This document shows, piece by piece, positions 29,062 through 38,182 of a stretch of DNA of 64,000 bases. The notes below the pieces were generated by a model. That model had not been told where the DNA came from and did no database searches. It saw only the letters and a list, made by a program, of their open reading frames with translations. Location: the NCBI GenBank assembly GCA_963796955.1, contig CAWCNJ010000006.1, forward strand, positions 64,001-128,000. The letters are read 5' to 3'. This DNA is from Endomicrobiales bacterium. GTDB taxonomy: Bacteria; Elusimicrobiota; Endomicrobiia; Endomicrobiales; JALOBY01. A program made the translations under genes and the position numbers. The stretch's first letter is position 1. Each line of letters starts with the position of its first letter.

Positions 29062-30735
29062 ATGGCCAAGATACAGGTGTCAGAATTACAGATGGAACGC
29101 TCAAAATTTAAGCCGGTTTTGCCGGCTATACTTAAGAATGGGGCCGGCTCGGTTGTGCCGAAAAAAGGGAAGATCACTAAAAGCATTTCCGACCACGAAA
29201 CAGTGAATGCCTTGTTCCCTGCAACCTACGGCTTGCCGATGATAGGGTTTTCGAAAGGCAAAAGCAATGTCGGCAAAAAGGCCGTTAAAATCGGCGTGGT
29301 TCTTTCAGGCGGGCAGGCGCCCGGCGGGCATAATGTGATAGCCGGCCTTTACGACGGCCTGAAAAAAGCCAACCCAAAAAATAAGCTTATCGGTTTCCTG
29401 GGCGGGCCTTCGGGCATTCTGGATAACAAATGGAAAGAAATTACCGGGCCTTTGATGGACGAATACCGCAATACCGGCGGTTTTGATATTATCCAGTCCG
29501 GACGCACTAAAATAGAAACCCCTGAGCAGTTCGCGCTTACAAAAAAAAATATCCTGGCCAATAAGATAGATGCTCTTGTGGTTGTCGGCGGTGACGATTC
29601 CAACACCAACGCCGCCCTGCTTGCCGAGTACTTTGTTAAAGAAGACACCGGCGTCAGCGTTGTAGGGGTGCCCAAAACGATAGACGGCGATCTGAAGAAT
29701 GATGCGATCGAAACCTCATTTGGTTTTGATACCGCCACCAAGATCTACGCCGAGATGGTGGGCAACGTTTGCCGCGACGTAAATTCCGCCCAGAAGTACT
29801 GGCACTTTGTGCGTCTTATGGGCCGCAGCGCCAGCCACATTACGCTGGAAGTCGGCTTTAAGACCCAGCCAAACGTTGTGCTTATAGGCGAGGAAGTGCT
29901 CTCCAAACAGCTGCGCTTGTCGCAGGTCGTGGAAACCATCACTGACGTTATCATCGCCCGCGCTGAAAAGAAAAAGAACTTCGGCGTCGTGCTGGTGCCC
30001 GAAGGTTTAATAGAGTTCGTGCCGGAAATGAAAGAACTAATTTCGTCCCTGAATGATGTGCTTGCCGATAACGAAGAGGCGATCAATGCCGTAAACCACA
30101 TGGATGACAAGCGGAACATCGTTTACGCCAAACTCCCTTCGCATCTTTCAGCGCTTATGAAGTCTTTGCCGGATGCGATCGAAGCCCAGCTGATGCTGGA
30201 ACGCGACCCGCACGGCAACGTACAGGTCTCTCTTATTGAGACGGAAAAATTGCTTATAGAGATGGTGAGAGAACGCCTTATGCAGCTCAAGAAACAGGGT
30301 GTATACACCGGCAAGTTCGCCGCCATAACCCATTTCTTCGGCTACGAAGGCCGCTGCGGCGCACCCAGCAACTTTGACGCGAATTATACGTACGCCCTCG
30401 GCTACAACGCCGCCGTCCTTGCGTTGAACGGCTTTACCGGCTATCTTTCATCAGTGCGCAAGCTTACCAAACCCGCAGCCCAGTGGGAATGCGGCGGTGT
30501 GCCCCTTACCATGATGATGAACATAGAGCGCCGCAAAGGCAAAGAAAAGCCGGTGATCCAAAAAGCCCTTGTCCGCCTCGACGATGCCCCCTTCAAAGAG
30601 TTGGTAAAGAACCGCGAAACCTGGGCTAAGACCGAAAGCTACCTTTTTCCCGGCCCCATCCAGTACTTCGGCCCCGCCGTTGTCACAGAAATGACGACGA
30701 AAACATTACAGTACGAACAGTCTGGAAAGAAATAA
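29062..30735 (+). CDS. pfp: Pyrophosphate-dependent phosphofructokinase
   Basis: SGGQAPGG, GGDDSNT (PPi-type Asp), PKTIDGD, MGRSASH; RBS GGAGG before ATG 29062. Confidence 0.95.
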   Translation: MAKIQVSELQMERSKFKPVLPAILKNGAGSVVPKKGKITKSISDHETVNALFPATYGLPMIGFSKGKSNVGKKAVKIGVVLSGGQAPGGHNVIAGLYDGLKKANPKNKLIGFLGGPSGILDNKWKEITGPLMDEYRNTGGFDIIQSGRTKIETPEQFALTKKNILANKIDALVVVGGDDSNTNAALLAEYFVKEDTGVSVVGVPKTIDGDLKNDAIETSFGFDTATKIYAEMVGNVCRDVNSAQKYWHFVRLMGRSASHITLEVGFKTQPNVVLIGEEVLSKQLRLSQVVETITDVIIARAEKKKNFGVVLVPEGLIEFVPEMKELISSLNDVLADNEEAINAVNHMDDKRNIVYAKLPSHLSALMKSLPDAIEAQLMLERDPHGNVQVSLIETEKLLIEMVRERLMQLKKQGVYTGKFAAITHFFGYEGRCGAPSNFDANYTYALGYNAAVLALNGFTGYLSSVRKLTKPAAQWECGGVPLTMMMNIERRKGKEKPVIQKALVRLDDAPFKELVKNRETWAKTESYLFPGPIQYFGPAVVTEMTTKTLQYEQSGKK

Positions 30736-30757
30736 GACGATTAATTAACAAACAACG

Positions 30758-30800
30758 AACCGCGTGAGACCTGTTTAGGGTTTTGCGCGGTTTTGTTTTT
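30758..30800 (+). terminator. Intrinsic terminator after pfp
   Basis: AACCGCGTGAGACC...GGTTTTGCGCGGTT plus T-rich tail. Confidence 0.7.
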
Positions 30801-30814
30801 GTTAGATGAAATAA

Positions 30815-31240
30815 GGTCGGTCTTGGCAATTTTGTACTACGTAAATCCGGCTAACCATTTCGGGATTGCGATCTTCGCCGGCTCAGAACTTGCCCCACAC
30901 CCCCATTCAAAATACTTAGGAGTGGGGCTTCAAACAGCTGAGCCGAAGGAATGAAGATCGCAACCCTCATTGGCGGTTAGAAGGATTTACTCCGCACAAA
31001 ACAGCCAAGCCCTCCTATCTCTCGCAGAAAAACCGCGTCTCAGTGGATCCGGGTTTCCTGCAGGTCCGAACTCGATGCGTCAATGAGAGAGGTATTTTCG
31101 TTCCTTCGGGAGCGCCTGTTTGAAACCCCGCTCCGATATCTGTTGAATTTGGGGGTGCGGGGGAGAGTTCGCTCCCGCAGAAAATGCCGAACGAAATGCA
31201 TCGACTGAGGCCAGCGGGAAATCCGGATCCACTGAGACGC
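30815..31240. repeat. Structured palindromic repeat, copy A (two nested hairpin units)
   Basis: Long nested stem 30822-31009; unit 31035-31240 closed by GCGTCTCAGTGGATCCGG/CCGGATCCACTGAGACGC; homologous to 33924-34205 in inverted orientation. Confidence 0.85.
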
Positions 31241-31259
31241 CAAACGAGGAGAAATCCAA

Positions 31260-33008
31260 CTAGCGCGGGCGTTTGGTTTTGAAGTAAGGTTTGTTGTTGT
31301 GGTGTTTAGAAGATGACCGGTGCTGGGTAGCACCATGCCACGGCGCAGTTGGGTTACGTATTTCGTCTTTCTGGCGTTGTTTGCCGGAGGTGGTGCGTTC
31401 GCAGGGGATGTAGTTGCCGGCCATATCGGTACCGCAATAGTACATTAACGATGATTTGGTGGAAGGGGTGGGAGTAAATATTTGTACCTGTTCAGGCATA
31501 ATTTTGAGGCCGCCTTTAAGGAAATCTTTCAGGCGCAGCATGTGGCTCATGGTGCAGCCGGGGTGCGCGGCCATTAAATAGTAGGTCATGAAATATTTCT
31601 TGCTTTGCTTTTTGCATTCCTCGTCGAAGGCAGTTTTAAAGCGCATAAGGGGTTTTATAGTCGGTTTGCCCATAAGCGTCAGAACATCATTGTCGTAATG
31701 CTCTGGCGCCAGTTTTATCTGGCCCGAGACATGAAAACCTACCAGCTGGGCTATGTAGGCGGGGCCCCATTTTTTGTCGGCATCAACGATGTCGTGGCGG
31801 ATACCGGAAGAAATGAATACTTTTTTAATTCCCGGTAACAGTAACAAGCGTTTAAGCAAATCTATTTGCTGCTGGTGACCGAAGGAAAGGTTAGGGCATA
31901 CCTGCGGCAGAAGGCAGTGGCGGTTAAGGCAGGGCGAGCCGCCTTTGTTACAAAGACTGGCGAACATATTCGCCGTCGCGCCGCCTACGTCATAAATGAT
32001 GCCGTTGAATCCTTTCAGTTTGGCGATGCGTCCGGCTTCGGCAAGAATAGAATCAATACTGCGCGAAATTACCCTTCTGCCCTGATGCACGGCTATAGCG
32101 CAAAAATTGCACTGGCCGTAACAGCCGCGGTGTGTTGTGATGGATTGTTTAATAGTTTCTAAGGCGCGCACTTCGCCGTTCGCCTTGTAAAACGGGTGAA
32201 CGTCGCGTTCAAATTCCATCGCGTAAACCTCGTCCAGTTCGGCGGTGGTCATAACGGGCTGTGATGGGTTATGGATCAGCCAGCGGGTGCCATGTTGCTG
32301 CTGCAAACCGGGGCCCGGCTGGTCAATGCTGTTATAAAATTCTTCGAACATTTTCCGGAACGCTTCTTTGTCGGTTGAAACGTTCTCGTATGACGGCAGT
32401 TCCTTGCGGCCTTCAACCATGGACGGTGAGATGTAGCAAATACCGGCGATATCGTGCCAGGGTTTGCCGTCTCGCAGGGCACCTGCCAGCTGCAAAACGG
32501 CTTTTTCGCCCATGCCGTAAACAAGGATATCGGCTTTGGCATCAAATAGTATTGAGCGGCGCACCGCGTCGTCCCAGTAATCATAGTGGGCCACGCGGCG
32601 CAGGCTGGCCTCAAGACCTCCCAACACGACCGGGACAGTATTTTTGAAATACTTGCGAATGAGATTGGTGTAGGCCATGGCGGCACGCGGCGGGCGGATA
32701 TTGTTTCCGCCGGGTGTGTAATCGTCCTGGTTACGGAACTTTTTGAGAGGAGTGTAATTGGCAACCATGGAATCAATGCAGCCGCCGGTAACGCCCCAAA
32801 ATAGTTTCGGCTCACCCAGGCGCGCAATGTCGGCATCAGCCGGCTGGGCAATGATCGCGACGGTAAAGCCGTGCGCTATCAGCCACTTCCCGACAACCGC
32901 TACACCGATATGCGGGCTGTCTATGTACGTATCACCCGTTATCAAAATAACATCGGGCTGCATTATGCCTTGCGCGGTAAGTTCTTCTCTGGTCGTTGGG
33001 ATATACAT
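31260..33008 (-). CDS. ygiQ: YgiQ/UPF0313-family radical SAM protein
   Basis: TGDTYIDSP, HYDYW, THRGCYGQCNFC, SGIRHD, KLAPEH, AAHPGC, EQVQIFTPTP. Confidence 0.92.
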   Translation of the reverse strand: MYIPTTREELTAQGIMQPDVILITGDTYIDSPHIGVAVVGKWLIAHGFTVAIIAQPADADIARLGEPKLFWGVTGGCIDSMVANYTPLKKFRNQDDYTPGGNNIRPPRAAMAYTNLIRKYFKNTVPVVLGGLEASLRRVAHYDYWDDAVRRSILFDAKADILVYGMGEKAVLQLAGALRDGKPWHDIAGICYISPSMVEGRKELPSYENVSTDKEAFRKMFEEFYNSIDQPGPGLQQQHGTRWLIHNPSQPVMTTAELDEVYAMEFERDVHPFYKANGEVRALETIKQSITTHRGCYGQCNFCAIAVHQGRRVISRSIDSILAEAGRIAKLKGFNGIIYDVGGATANMFASLCNKGGSPCLNRHCLLPQVCPNLSFGHQQQIDLLKRLLLLPGIKKVFISSGIRHDIVDADKKWGPAYIAQLVGFHVSGQIKLAPEHYDNDVLTLMGKPTIKPLMRFKTAFDEECKKQSKKYFMTYYLMAAHPGCTMSHMLRLKDFLKGGLKIMPEQVQIFTPTPSTKSSLMYYCGTDMAGNYIPCERTTSGKQRQKDEIRNPTAPWHGATQHRSSSKHHNNKPYFKTKRPR

Positions 33009-33043
33009 TTAACTGATTATAACAAATTTGATAGAATGAACCT
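33009..33043. promoter_or_regulatory. Back-to-back extended -10 promoters for divergent ygiQ and prmA
   Basis: Plus TGaTAGAAT (33029-33037) 6 nt before prmA ATG; minus TGtTATAAT (33024-33016) 7 nt before ygiQ ATG. Confidence 0.65.
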
Positions 33044-33889
33044 ATGAGTATTGTTCACGAAATATTAATTACAGCCGCCAGCGCTGCGCAAATCGCTGCA
33101 GCAGTTAAATGCCTTGCGAAACTTGGCATACCGGCAAGCGCGCTGGTGATCGGTCGTACGGAGGGGGGAAACACGATACAGTGTTATCCTGAAGAAGGTT
33201 TACTGCGGCAAGTCCGTACAGCAACATTCCCTGCGGGGGTCAAATTAGTATATCGCCGGCTTGTTCCCTCAGATTGGGAAACAAGGTGGAAACAGGATTT
33301 TAAGCCCGTAATGCTGACTAAAAAGATCAGGGTAGTGCCCGCCTGGTGCAAGGCTGCGGCCCATTATAACCTTAAACGCGATATCCTGCTTGATACAACT
33401 TCCGCCTTCGGTACAGGCCTGCACCCTACAACGCGTATGGTGGCGCAGTATATAGAGGATAATTCAAGCGAAGTTGATTCATTGCTGGATGTCGGCACAG
33501 GCAGCGGTATATTATCCGTCGTAGCCAGGAAGCGCGGTATAAAAACCGTCCACGCTTTTGACAACGACCCCGAAAGCGTAGTAACCGCTAAACTTAATCT
33601 TAAAGCCAACCATTGCAAAATAGCACGGTTGAATGCTTCCGGCATAGAAACATATCAGCCCGTGCGCTTATTCGATATGGTTGCCGCCAACGTCCTTGCC
33701 AAGCCATTGCTGGAAAACAAATCCCGCCTGGCATCGTGGGTTAAACCAGGCGGCTTACTGGCCGTCTCAGGAATATGGTCCGGCGACCGGCAACGCTTTA
33801 AAAAACAATTCGCCCACCCCGGTCTCCAATGCATTTCAGAATGCATCGAAAACGATTGGATGGGATTGTTGTATAAAAAACTGAACTGA
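33044..33889 (+). CDS. prmA: Ribosomal protein L11 methyltransferase
   Basis: DWETRWK, AFGTGLHPTT, LDVGTGSGILS, ANVLA, SGI. Confidence 0.9.
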   Translation: MSIVHEILITAASAAQIAAAVKCLAKLGIPASALVIGRTEGGNTIQCYPEEGLLRQVRTATFPAGVKLVYRRLVPSDWETRWKQDFKPVMLTKKIRVVPAWCKAAAHYNLKRDILLDTTSAFGTGLHPTTRMVAQYIEDNSSEVDSLLDVGTGSGILSVVARKRGIKTVHAFDNDPESVVTAKLNLKANHCKIARLNASGIETYQPVRLFDMVAANVLAKPLLENKSRLASWVKPGGLLAVSGIWSGDRQRFKKQFAHPGLQCISECIENDWMGLLYKKLN

Positions 33890-33923
33890 TTTAGTGGTAT
33901 AGCTTTGGTTAGGTGGGGTTATG

Positions 33924-34205
33924 GCGTCCCAGCGAATTCGAATTTCCCCGGCCTCAATCGATGCATTTCAGGAATGTTTTCCGGCTGGCCCCAACTCGCC
34001 CCCGCGCCCCATTCAACTTCAACATCCATTTGAGCGGGGTCTCAAACACTAGGGGCCAGATGCAAGGAAATCATTCCTTCATTGGCGCATCGAGTTCGGA
34101 CCTAAGGGAAATCCGAATCCGCTGAGCCGCGGTTTTCTCCGTAAAGCCATGGAGGTCTCGTCTGGTTGTCCCCTTGGGGGACAACCAGACGAGACCGACC
34201 CCTAC
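33924..34205. repeat. Structured palindromic repeat, copy B, with perfect 20-bp hairpin at 34154-34196
   Basis: Inverted homologue of 31035-31240; GGTCTCGTCTGGTTGTCCCC-TTG-GGGGACAACCAGACGAGACC; ends CCCCTAC (GTAG on minus strand). Confidence 0.85.
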
Positions 34206-34249
34206 GCTTAAAAACTGCACTAAACGTACCGCAAACTTAAAGTTAATTT

Positions 34250-34278
34250 TTGCAGAACAGCTCGTAAAATCATATAAT
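34250..34278 (+). promoter_or_regulatory. Putative sigma70 promoter of glnS
   Basis: TTGCAG-17 bp-TATAAT. Confidence 0.55.
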
Positions 34279-34307
34279 AATCAAAATAATTTATAAGGGT
34301 TACTACT

Positions 34308-36002
34308 ATGGAACCAATTAATACCGAAGAAAAGAAAGGGAAGAATTTTATTCAGTTGCAGATAGACGCCGATCTGGCCGAAGGGAAGAACGGCGGTCGA
34401 GTTGAGACGCGTTTTCCGCCGGAGCCTAACGGCTATCTGCATATAGGGCATGCAAAATCTATTTGCCTGAATTTTGGCATTGCCCGGGATTATAACGGGG
34501 TGTGTCACCTGCGCTTTGACGATACTAATCCTGAAAAAGAAGATATTGAATATGTTGAGTCCATACAAGAAGATGTTAAGTGGCTTGGTTTTGAGTGGGG
34601 TAAGCACCTTTATTACGCCTCCGATTATTACGAAAAATGCTATCAGTACGCCATTGAGCTTATAAACAAAGGCCTGGCGTATGTTTGCAATCTAACTGCC
34701 GATCAGATGCGTGAATACCGCGGCACACCGACCGAAGCCGGCAAGAACAGCCCTTTCCGTGAACGCACCGTCGCCGAGCACCTGAATTTGTTCGAACGTA
34801 TGCGAAACGGTGATTTTCCTGATGGTTTTTGCACCCTGCGCGCCAAAATAGACATGGCGCACCCGAACATAAATATGCGCGACCCGGCCCTCTACCGTAT
34901 TAAACGCGCCCACCACCACCGCACCGGCGATGCCTGGCTTATATACCCGATGTACGATTACGCCCACCCTATCGGCGATGCGCTGGAAAATATAACGCAT
35001 TCCATCTGCACCCTGGAGTTTGAGGACCACCGCCCGCTCTACGAGTGGGTGGTAAACAATATTTCTGTTCCTGCGAAACCGCGCCAGATAGAGTTCGCCC
35101 GCCTGAACCTGACCTATACCGTGATGAGCAAACGCAAACTACTGCAGTTGGTAAAAGACAAACTCGTCTCCGGCTGGGATGACCCCCGGATGCCCACTAT
35201 TTCCGGTATGCGCCGCCGTGGATATTCACCGGCAGCTATCCGCAACTTCTGCGACCGCATCGGCGTTGATAAGACCAACAGCACCATAGACCTGCAACTG
35301 CTTGAATTTTTCATTCGCGAAGACCTCAACAAGTCTGCCGCGCGTGTGATGGCCGTGCTTAAGCCGTTGAAGGTTATAATTGACAATTATCCTGATGGTC
35401 AGACGGAAGAATTCGACGCGGACAATAACCCGGAGGATCCTTCTGCCGGAACGCGCAAAGTTACCTTCTCAAAAGAAATATATATCGAGCAAACCGATTT
35501 TCTTGAAGTTCCGCCTAAAGGATATTTCCGCCTGTCGGTCGGCGCCGAAGTGCGATTGAAGCACGCCTATTACATTACCTGCACAAGCGTTGATAAAGAT
35601 GCCGCTGGAAATATCGTGGCCTTGCATTGCAGCTACGACCCGCAGTCTCGCGGGGGTGGTACGCCCGATAACCGCAAGGTGAAGGGAACGCTGCACTGGG
35701 TAAGCGCGGCGCACGCTCTGGACGCCGAGATACGCCTGTACGACACACTGTTCACCAAGCCAAACCCCGACGAAGTTGAAGAGGGGAAAAGCTTCACTGA
35801 TTTCATGAACAAAGATTCTCTGCAACTCCTTGCCGGCGCAAAGCTGGAATCAAGCCTGGTGAACGCAAAGCCCAATGTGGCTTACCAATTCCTGCGCAAC
35901 GCCTACTTTTGCCTGGATAAAGATTCTCACCCCGGCAAGCTGGTTTTCAACCGTACCATAACCCTGAAGGATACCTGGGCGAAAATCGAGAAAAAGAAAT
36001 AG
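34308..36002 (+). CDS. glnS: Glutamine--tRNA ligase
   Basis: [49 protein letters not shown]. Confidence 0.97.
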   Translation: MEPINTEEKKGKNFIQLQIDADLAEGKNGGRVETRFPPEPNGYLHIGHAKSICLNFGIARDYNGVCHLRFDDTNPEKEDIEYVESIQEDVKWLGFEWGKHLYYASDYYEKCYQYAIELINKGLAYVCNLTADQMREYRGTPTEAGKNSPFRERTVAEHLNLFERMRNGDFPDGFCTLRAKIDMAHPNINMRDPALYRIKRAHHHRTGDAWLIYPMYDYAHPIGDALENITHSICTLEFEDHRPLYEWVVNNISVPAKPRQIEFARLNLTYTVMSKRKLLQLVKDKLVSGWDDPRMPTISGMRRRGYSPAAIRNFCDRIGVDKTNSTIDLQLLEFFIREDLNKSAARVMAVLKPLKVIIDNYPDGQTEEFDADNNPEDPSAGTRKVTFSKEIYIEQTDFLEVPPKGYFRLSVGAEVRLKHAYYITCTSVDKDAAGNIVALHCSYDPQSRGGGTPDNRKVKGTLHWVSAAHALDAEIRLYDTLFTKPNPDEVEEGKSFTDFMNKDSLQLLAGAKLESSLVNAKPNVAYQFLRNAYFCLDKDSHPGKLVFNRTITLKDTWAKIEKKK

Positions 36003-36016
36003 TATAAAGGGGAACT

Positions 36017-36838
36017 ATGCGCGCGCTTTTCACAGCTCTTTGTGTTAGTCTGTGTTCAGTTGCAATGTCATATGGCGTTGAAGGCTTTGGCGCTACCGTT
36101 ACTGCCTGCGAAAATTCCGTCGTGGTAAGCACCGCTGCGGGTGCGCCGTGGTTAAAGGCCGCCAAGGGCATGAGGCTGGTTCAGGGTGGCGCGGTTAGAA
36201 CGTCGGCTATGTCCGGCGCCGAGATAATGTATGACGACGGCACAGCGGTGCGCCTGGAAAGCAACTCGCACGCCGCCATAGAACAAGCCGTGCAAAAAGA
36301 CGGGATAAGCGAATATGTAATGTCTTTGTTCAACGGTCGCGCCTTGAATGCCATAAAACGTAATTTGAACGTTAACAAGAAAAATAAATTCACTATAAAG
36401 TCTCCGGTAAGCGTTGCCTCCGTGCGCGGAACGGTGTTCGTGATAGACGCCTCGACCGTAACTTCCACGGTGGCGGTTTACGAAGGCATGGTGGAAGCAA
36501 AATCTACGGACGAAAAATATCCGGAGCCGGTGCAGGTGGTCACCAACAGGCAGGTAAGCATTGACGACGGTATTATGCCCGGGCGCGTGCTGCCGGTAAC
36601 GGATGAATACGATGCATATCGCAGGAAGGTCGCCAACCTGTTCGTTAACCGCATAGAATGGTTCCGCGACCACATGGAAGAAGTGCGCCGCATGCACCAG
36701 GATTATATGGACGCCTGGCGTAAAGAGCAGGAAAAAGAGATGAAGGGTTTTCGCGACCAGCTGAAGGATGAGAAGAAGGACCGGGAAAATCTTAAAAAGC
36801 AGCAGGAAATGGAGCAGGAGATTGACCAGCAAAAATAG
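36017..36838 (+). CDS. Secreted FecR-domain protein with coiled-coil tail
   Basis: Signal peptide, DGTAVRL.SNS, PVSVASVRGTVF, VAVYEG.V. Confidence 0.8.
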   Translation: MRALFTALCVSLCSVAMSYGVEGFGATVTACENSVVVSTAAGAPWLKAAKGMRLVQGGAVRTSAMSGAEIMYDDGTAVRLESNSHAAIEQAVQKDGISEYVMSLFNGRALNAIKRNLNVNKKNKFTIKSPVSVASVRGTVFVIDASTVTSTVAVYEGMVEAKSTDEKYPEPVQVVTNRQVSIDDGIMPGRVLPVTDEYDAYRRKVANLFVNRIEWFRDHMEEVRRMHQDYMDAWRKEQEKEMKGFRDQLKDEKKDRENLKKQQEMEQEIDQQK

Positions 36839-38174
36839 CTTTTTATTCATACTAGTGTGCCTTGCCGGCACGGCCGTTTCGGTTTTCGCAGGTGACGCAA
36901 TGCAGCCCGACCCGGTGGATGTGCTGGCAAAAAGAGGGTCAACGCTTGCCTTCCGTTCGGGCGAGACGTGGCGCCAACTGGATACCAGGACCGGCAAGAT
37001 AAGCCCTATGCACCCGCTCGGCCTTGCCCCGGATATGCCCTGCGTCATAGGCGGTTTTACTGTCGTGCGCGGTCAGGTAAACGGCGCTGATATCCTGGAA
37101 AATTATCACCCGCCCTATTGCAGCGTGGTAGACCCTCACACGGTTATGATGGGCGGCAAGGGCCTGCCGGATACCATAGTGCAATGGCCCCTGAGCACTT
37201 CCGCGATCGCACTGGACCGTAAGCAGCATGCGGTGTATGACGAATCCAGATATTTCTCTTCGGACCATAATTATTACTGGGTCGCCTCTTCCATTACAGA
37301 CGATAAAGAATTCCCGACGGGCCAGTGGGTGCTGCAGCGCTACCCCGACGGCCTTACCGTACGCCCGCCGGCGTGCATAGCCACCTCGTTCGAGACCATG
37401 AATAATTGCGTTTTCCTGGGCACGACGAACGGCCTGCTTAAGATCTCCCTGCCTGCCGGGGTTTGCACCCTCTACGCCCAGGCGCCGCGCATAGAAGGCC
37501 TGGAGGGATTGCTGCGCAAAGATATAAACTGGATCCACGTGATCACCGGCGTGTTGCAGTTGAAGGGCCGCACCCTGTATTGCGGCTATTTCGACCGGCC
37601 CGGGGGCGGCACGTCGTTCATTATCAGCAGGGACAAACGGAGCGGTTATATGTCGTATCTTCCCGTGCCGATCGCGGGTTTGCAGCAGATGGTGCCGATA
37701 GACGGCAACAGGATCGCGCTTGCCGGCTGCGTGCTGAAAAATTATGAGACCGCCGAATACGCTTATTTCGGCGGCTTTGCGGTATACAATCTGCGCGCTT
37801 CCTCCATAAAGGTGATCAATACCGAACCGTCGTCCAACGTTACCGTCAGCAGCAGCGCTGTCATTGTGGAAAGGGTGCTGGGCGCCGGTGTTAATATGGC
37901 GCTGATGGAACGAGAAGTCGTTAAATATGACCCCTTAAAAATTATGGAGCTGGAAAGGGTCAACGAGGAATATGGCCTTGATGAGCCCGAAAAATATAAC
38001 GGGTTAAAAGCCATTCAGGATACGGTTCTCGCCCGGCGCGCCGCCCTTCCCGATGTTAAGCCCTCAGAGACAGTCCGCTACGTCTTGCCGCAAAAAGCGG
38101 TCATAAGCACCGAAGAGATCCCGTCGCGCGTAGTCCCCATCACCGACCAGTCAAGAAAAACGACTGAGCGGTAA
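36822..38174 (+). CDS. Secreted hypothetical protein (start uncertain)
   Basis: Long ORF filling the gap between FecR and ABC-F genes; signal-like N-terminus from TTG 36822. Confidence 0.65.
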   Translation: MTSKNSFLFILVCLAGTAVSVFAGDAMQPDPVDVLAKRGSTLAFRSGETWRQLDTRTGKISPMHPLGLAPDMPCVIGGFTVVRGQVNGADILENYHPPYCSVVDPHTVMMGGKGLPDTIVQWPLSTSAIALDRKQHAVYDESRYFSSDHNYYWVASSITDDKEFPTGQWVLQRYPDGLTVRPPACIATSFETMNNCVFLGTTNGLLKISLPAGVCTLYAQAPRIEGLEGLLRKDINWIHVITGVLQLKGRTLYCGYFDRPGGGTSFIISRDKRSGYMSYLPVPIAGLQQMVPIDGNRIALAGCVLKNYETAEYAYFGGFAVYNLRASSIKVINTEPSSNVTVSSSAVIVERVLGAGVNMALMEREVVKYDPLKIMELERVNEEYGLDEPEKYNGLKAIQDTVLARRAALPDVKPSETVRYVLPQKAVISTEEIPSRVVPITDQSRKTTER

Positions 38175-38182
38175 AGGAAATT

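Noticed and set aside
31040..34125. ORFs 31040-31336 (-) and 33913-34125 (+) as paralogous proteins (shared PQSMHF and ASSSDL)
   Set aside because: Similarity follows from the non-coding repeat; changes preserve base pairing, and starts and RBSs are not conserved
616..36002. gltX beside tRNA-Gln implying an indirect Gln-tRNA pathway
   Set aside because: A complete glnS is present in the window and gltX-tRNA linkage is ordinary
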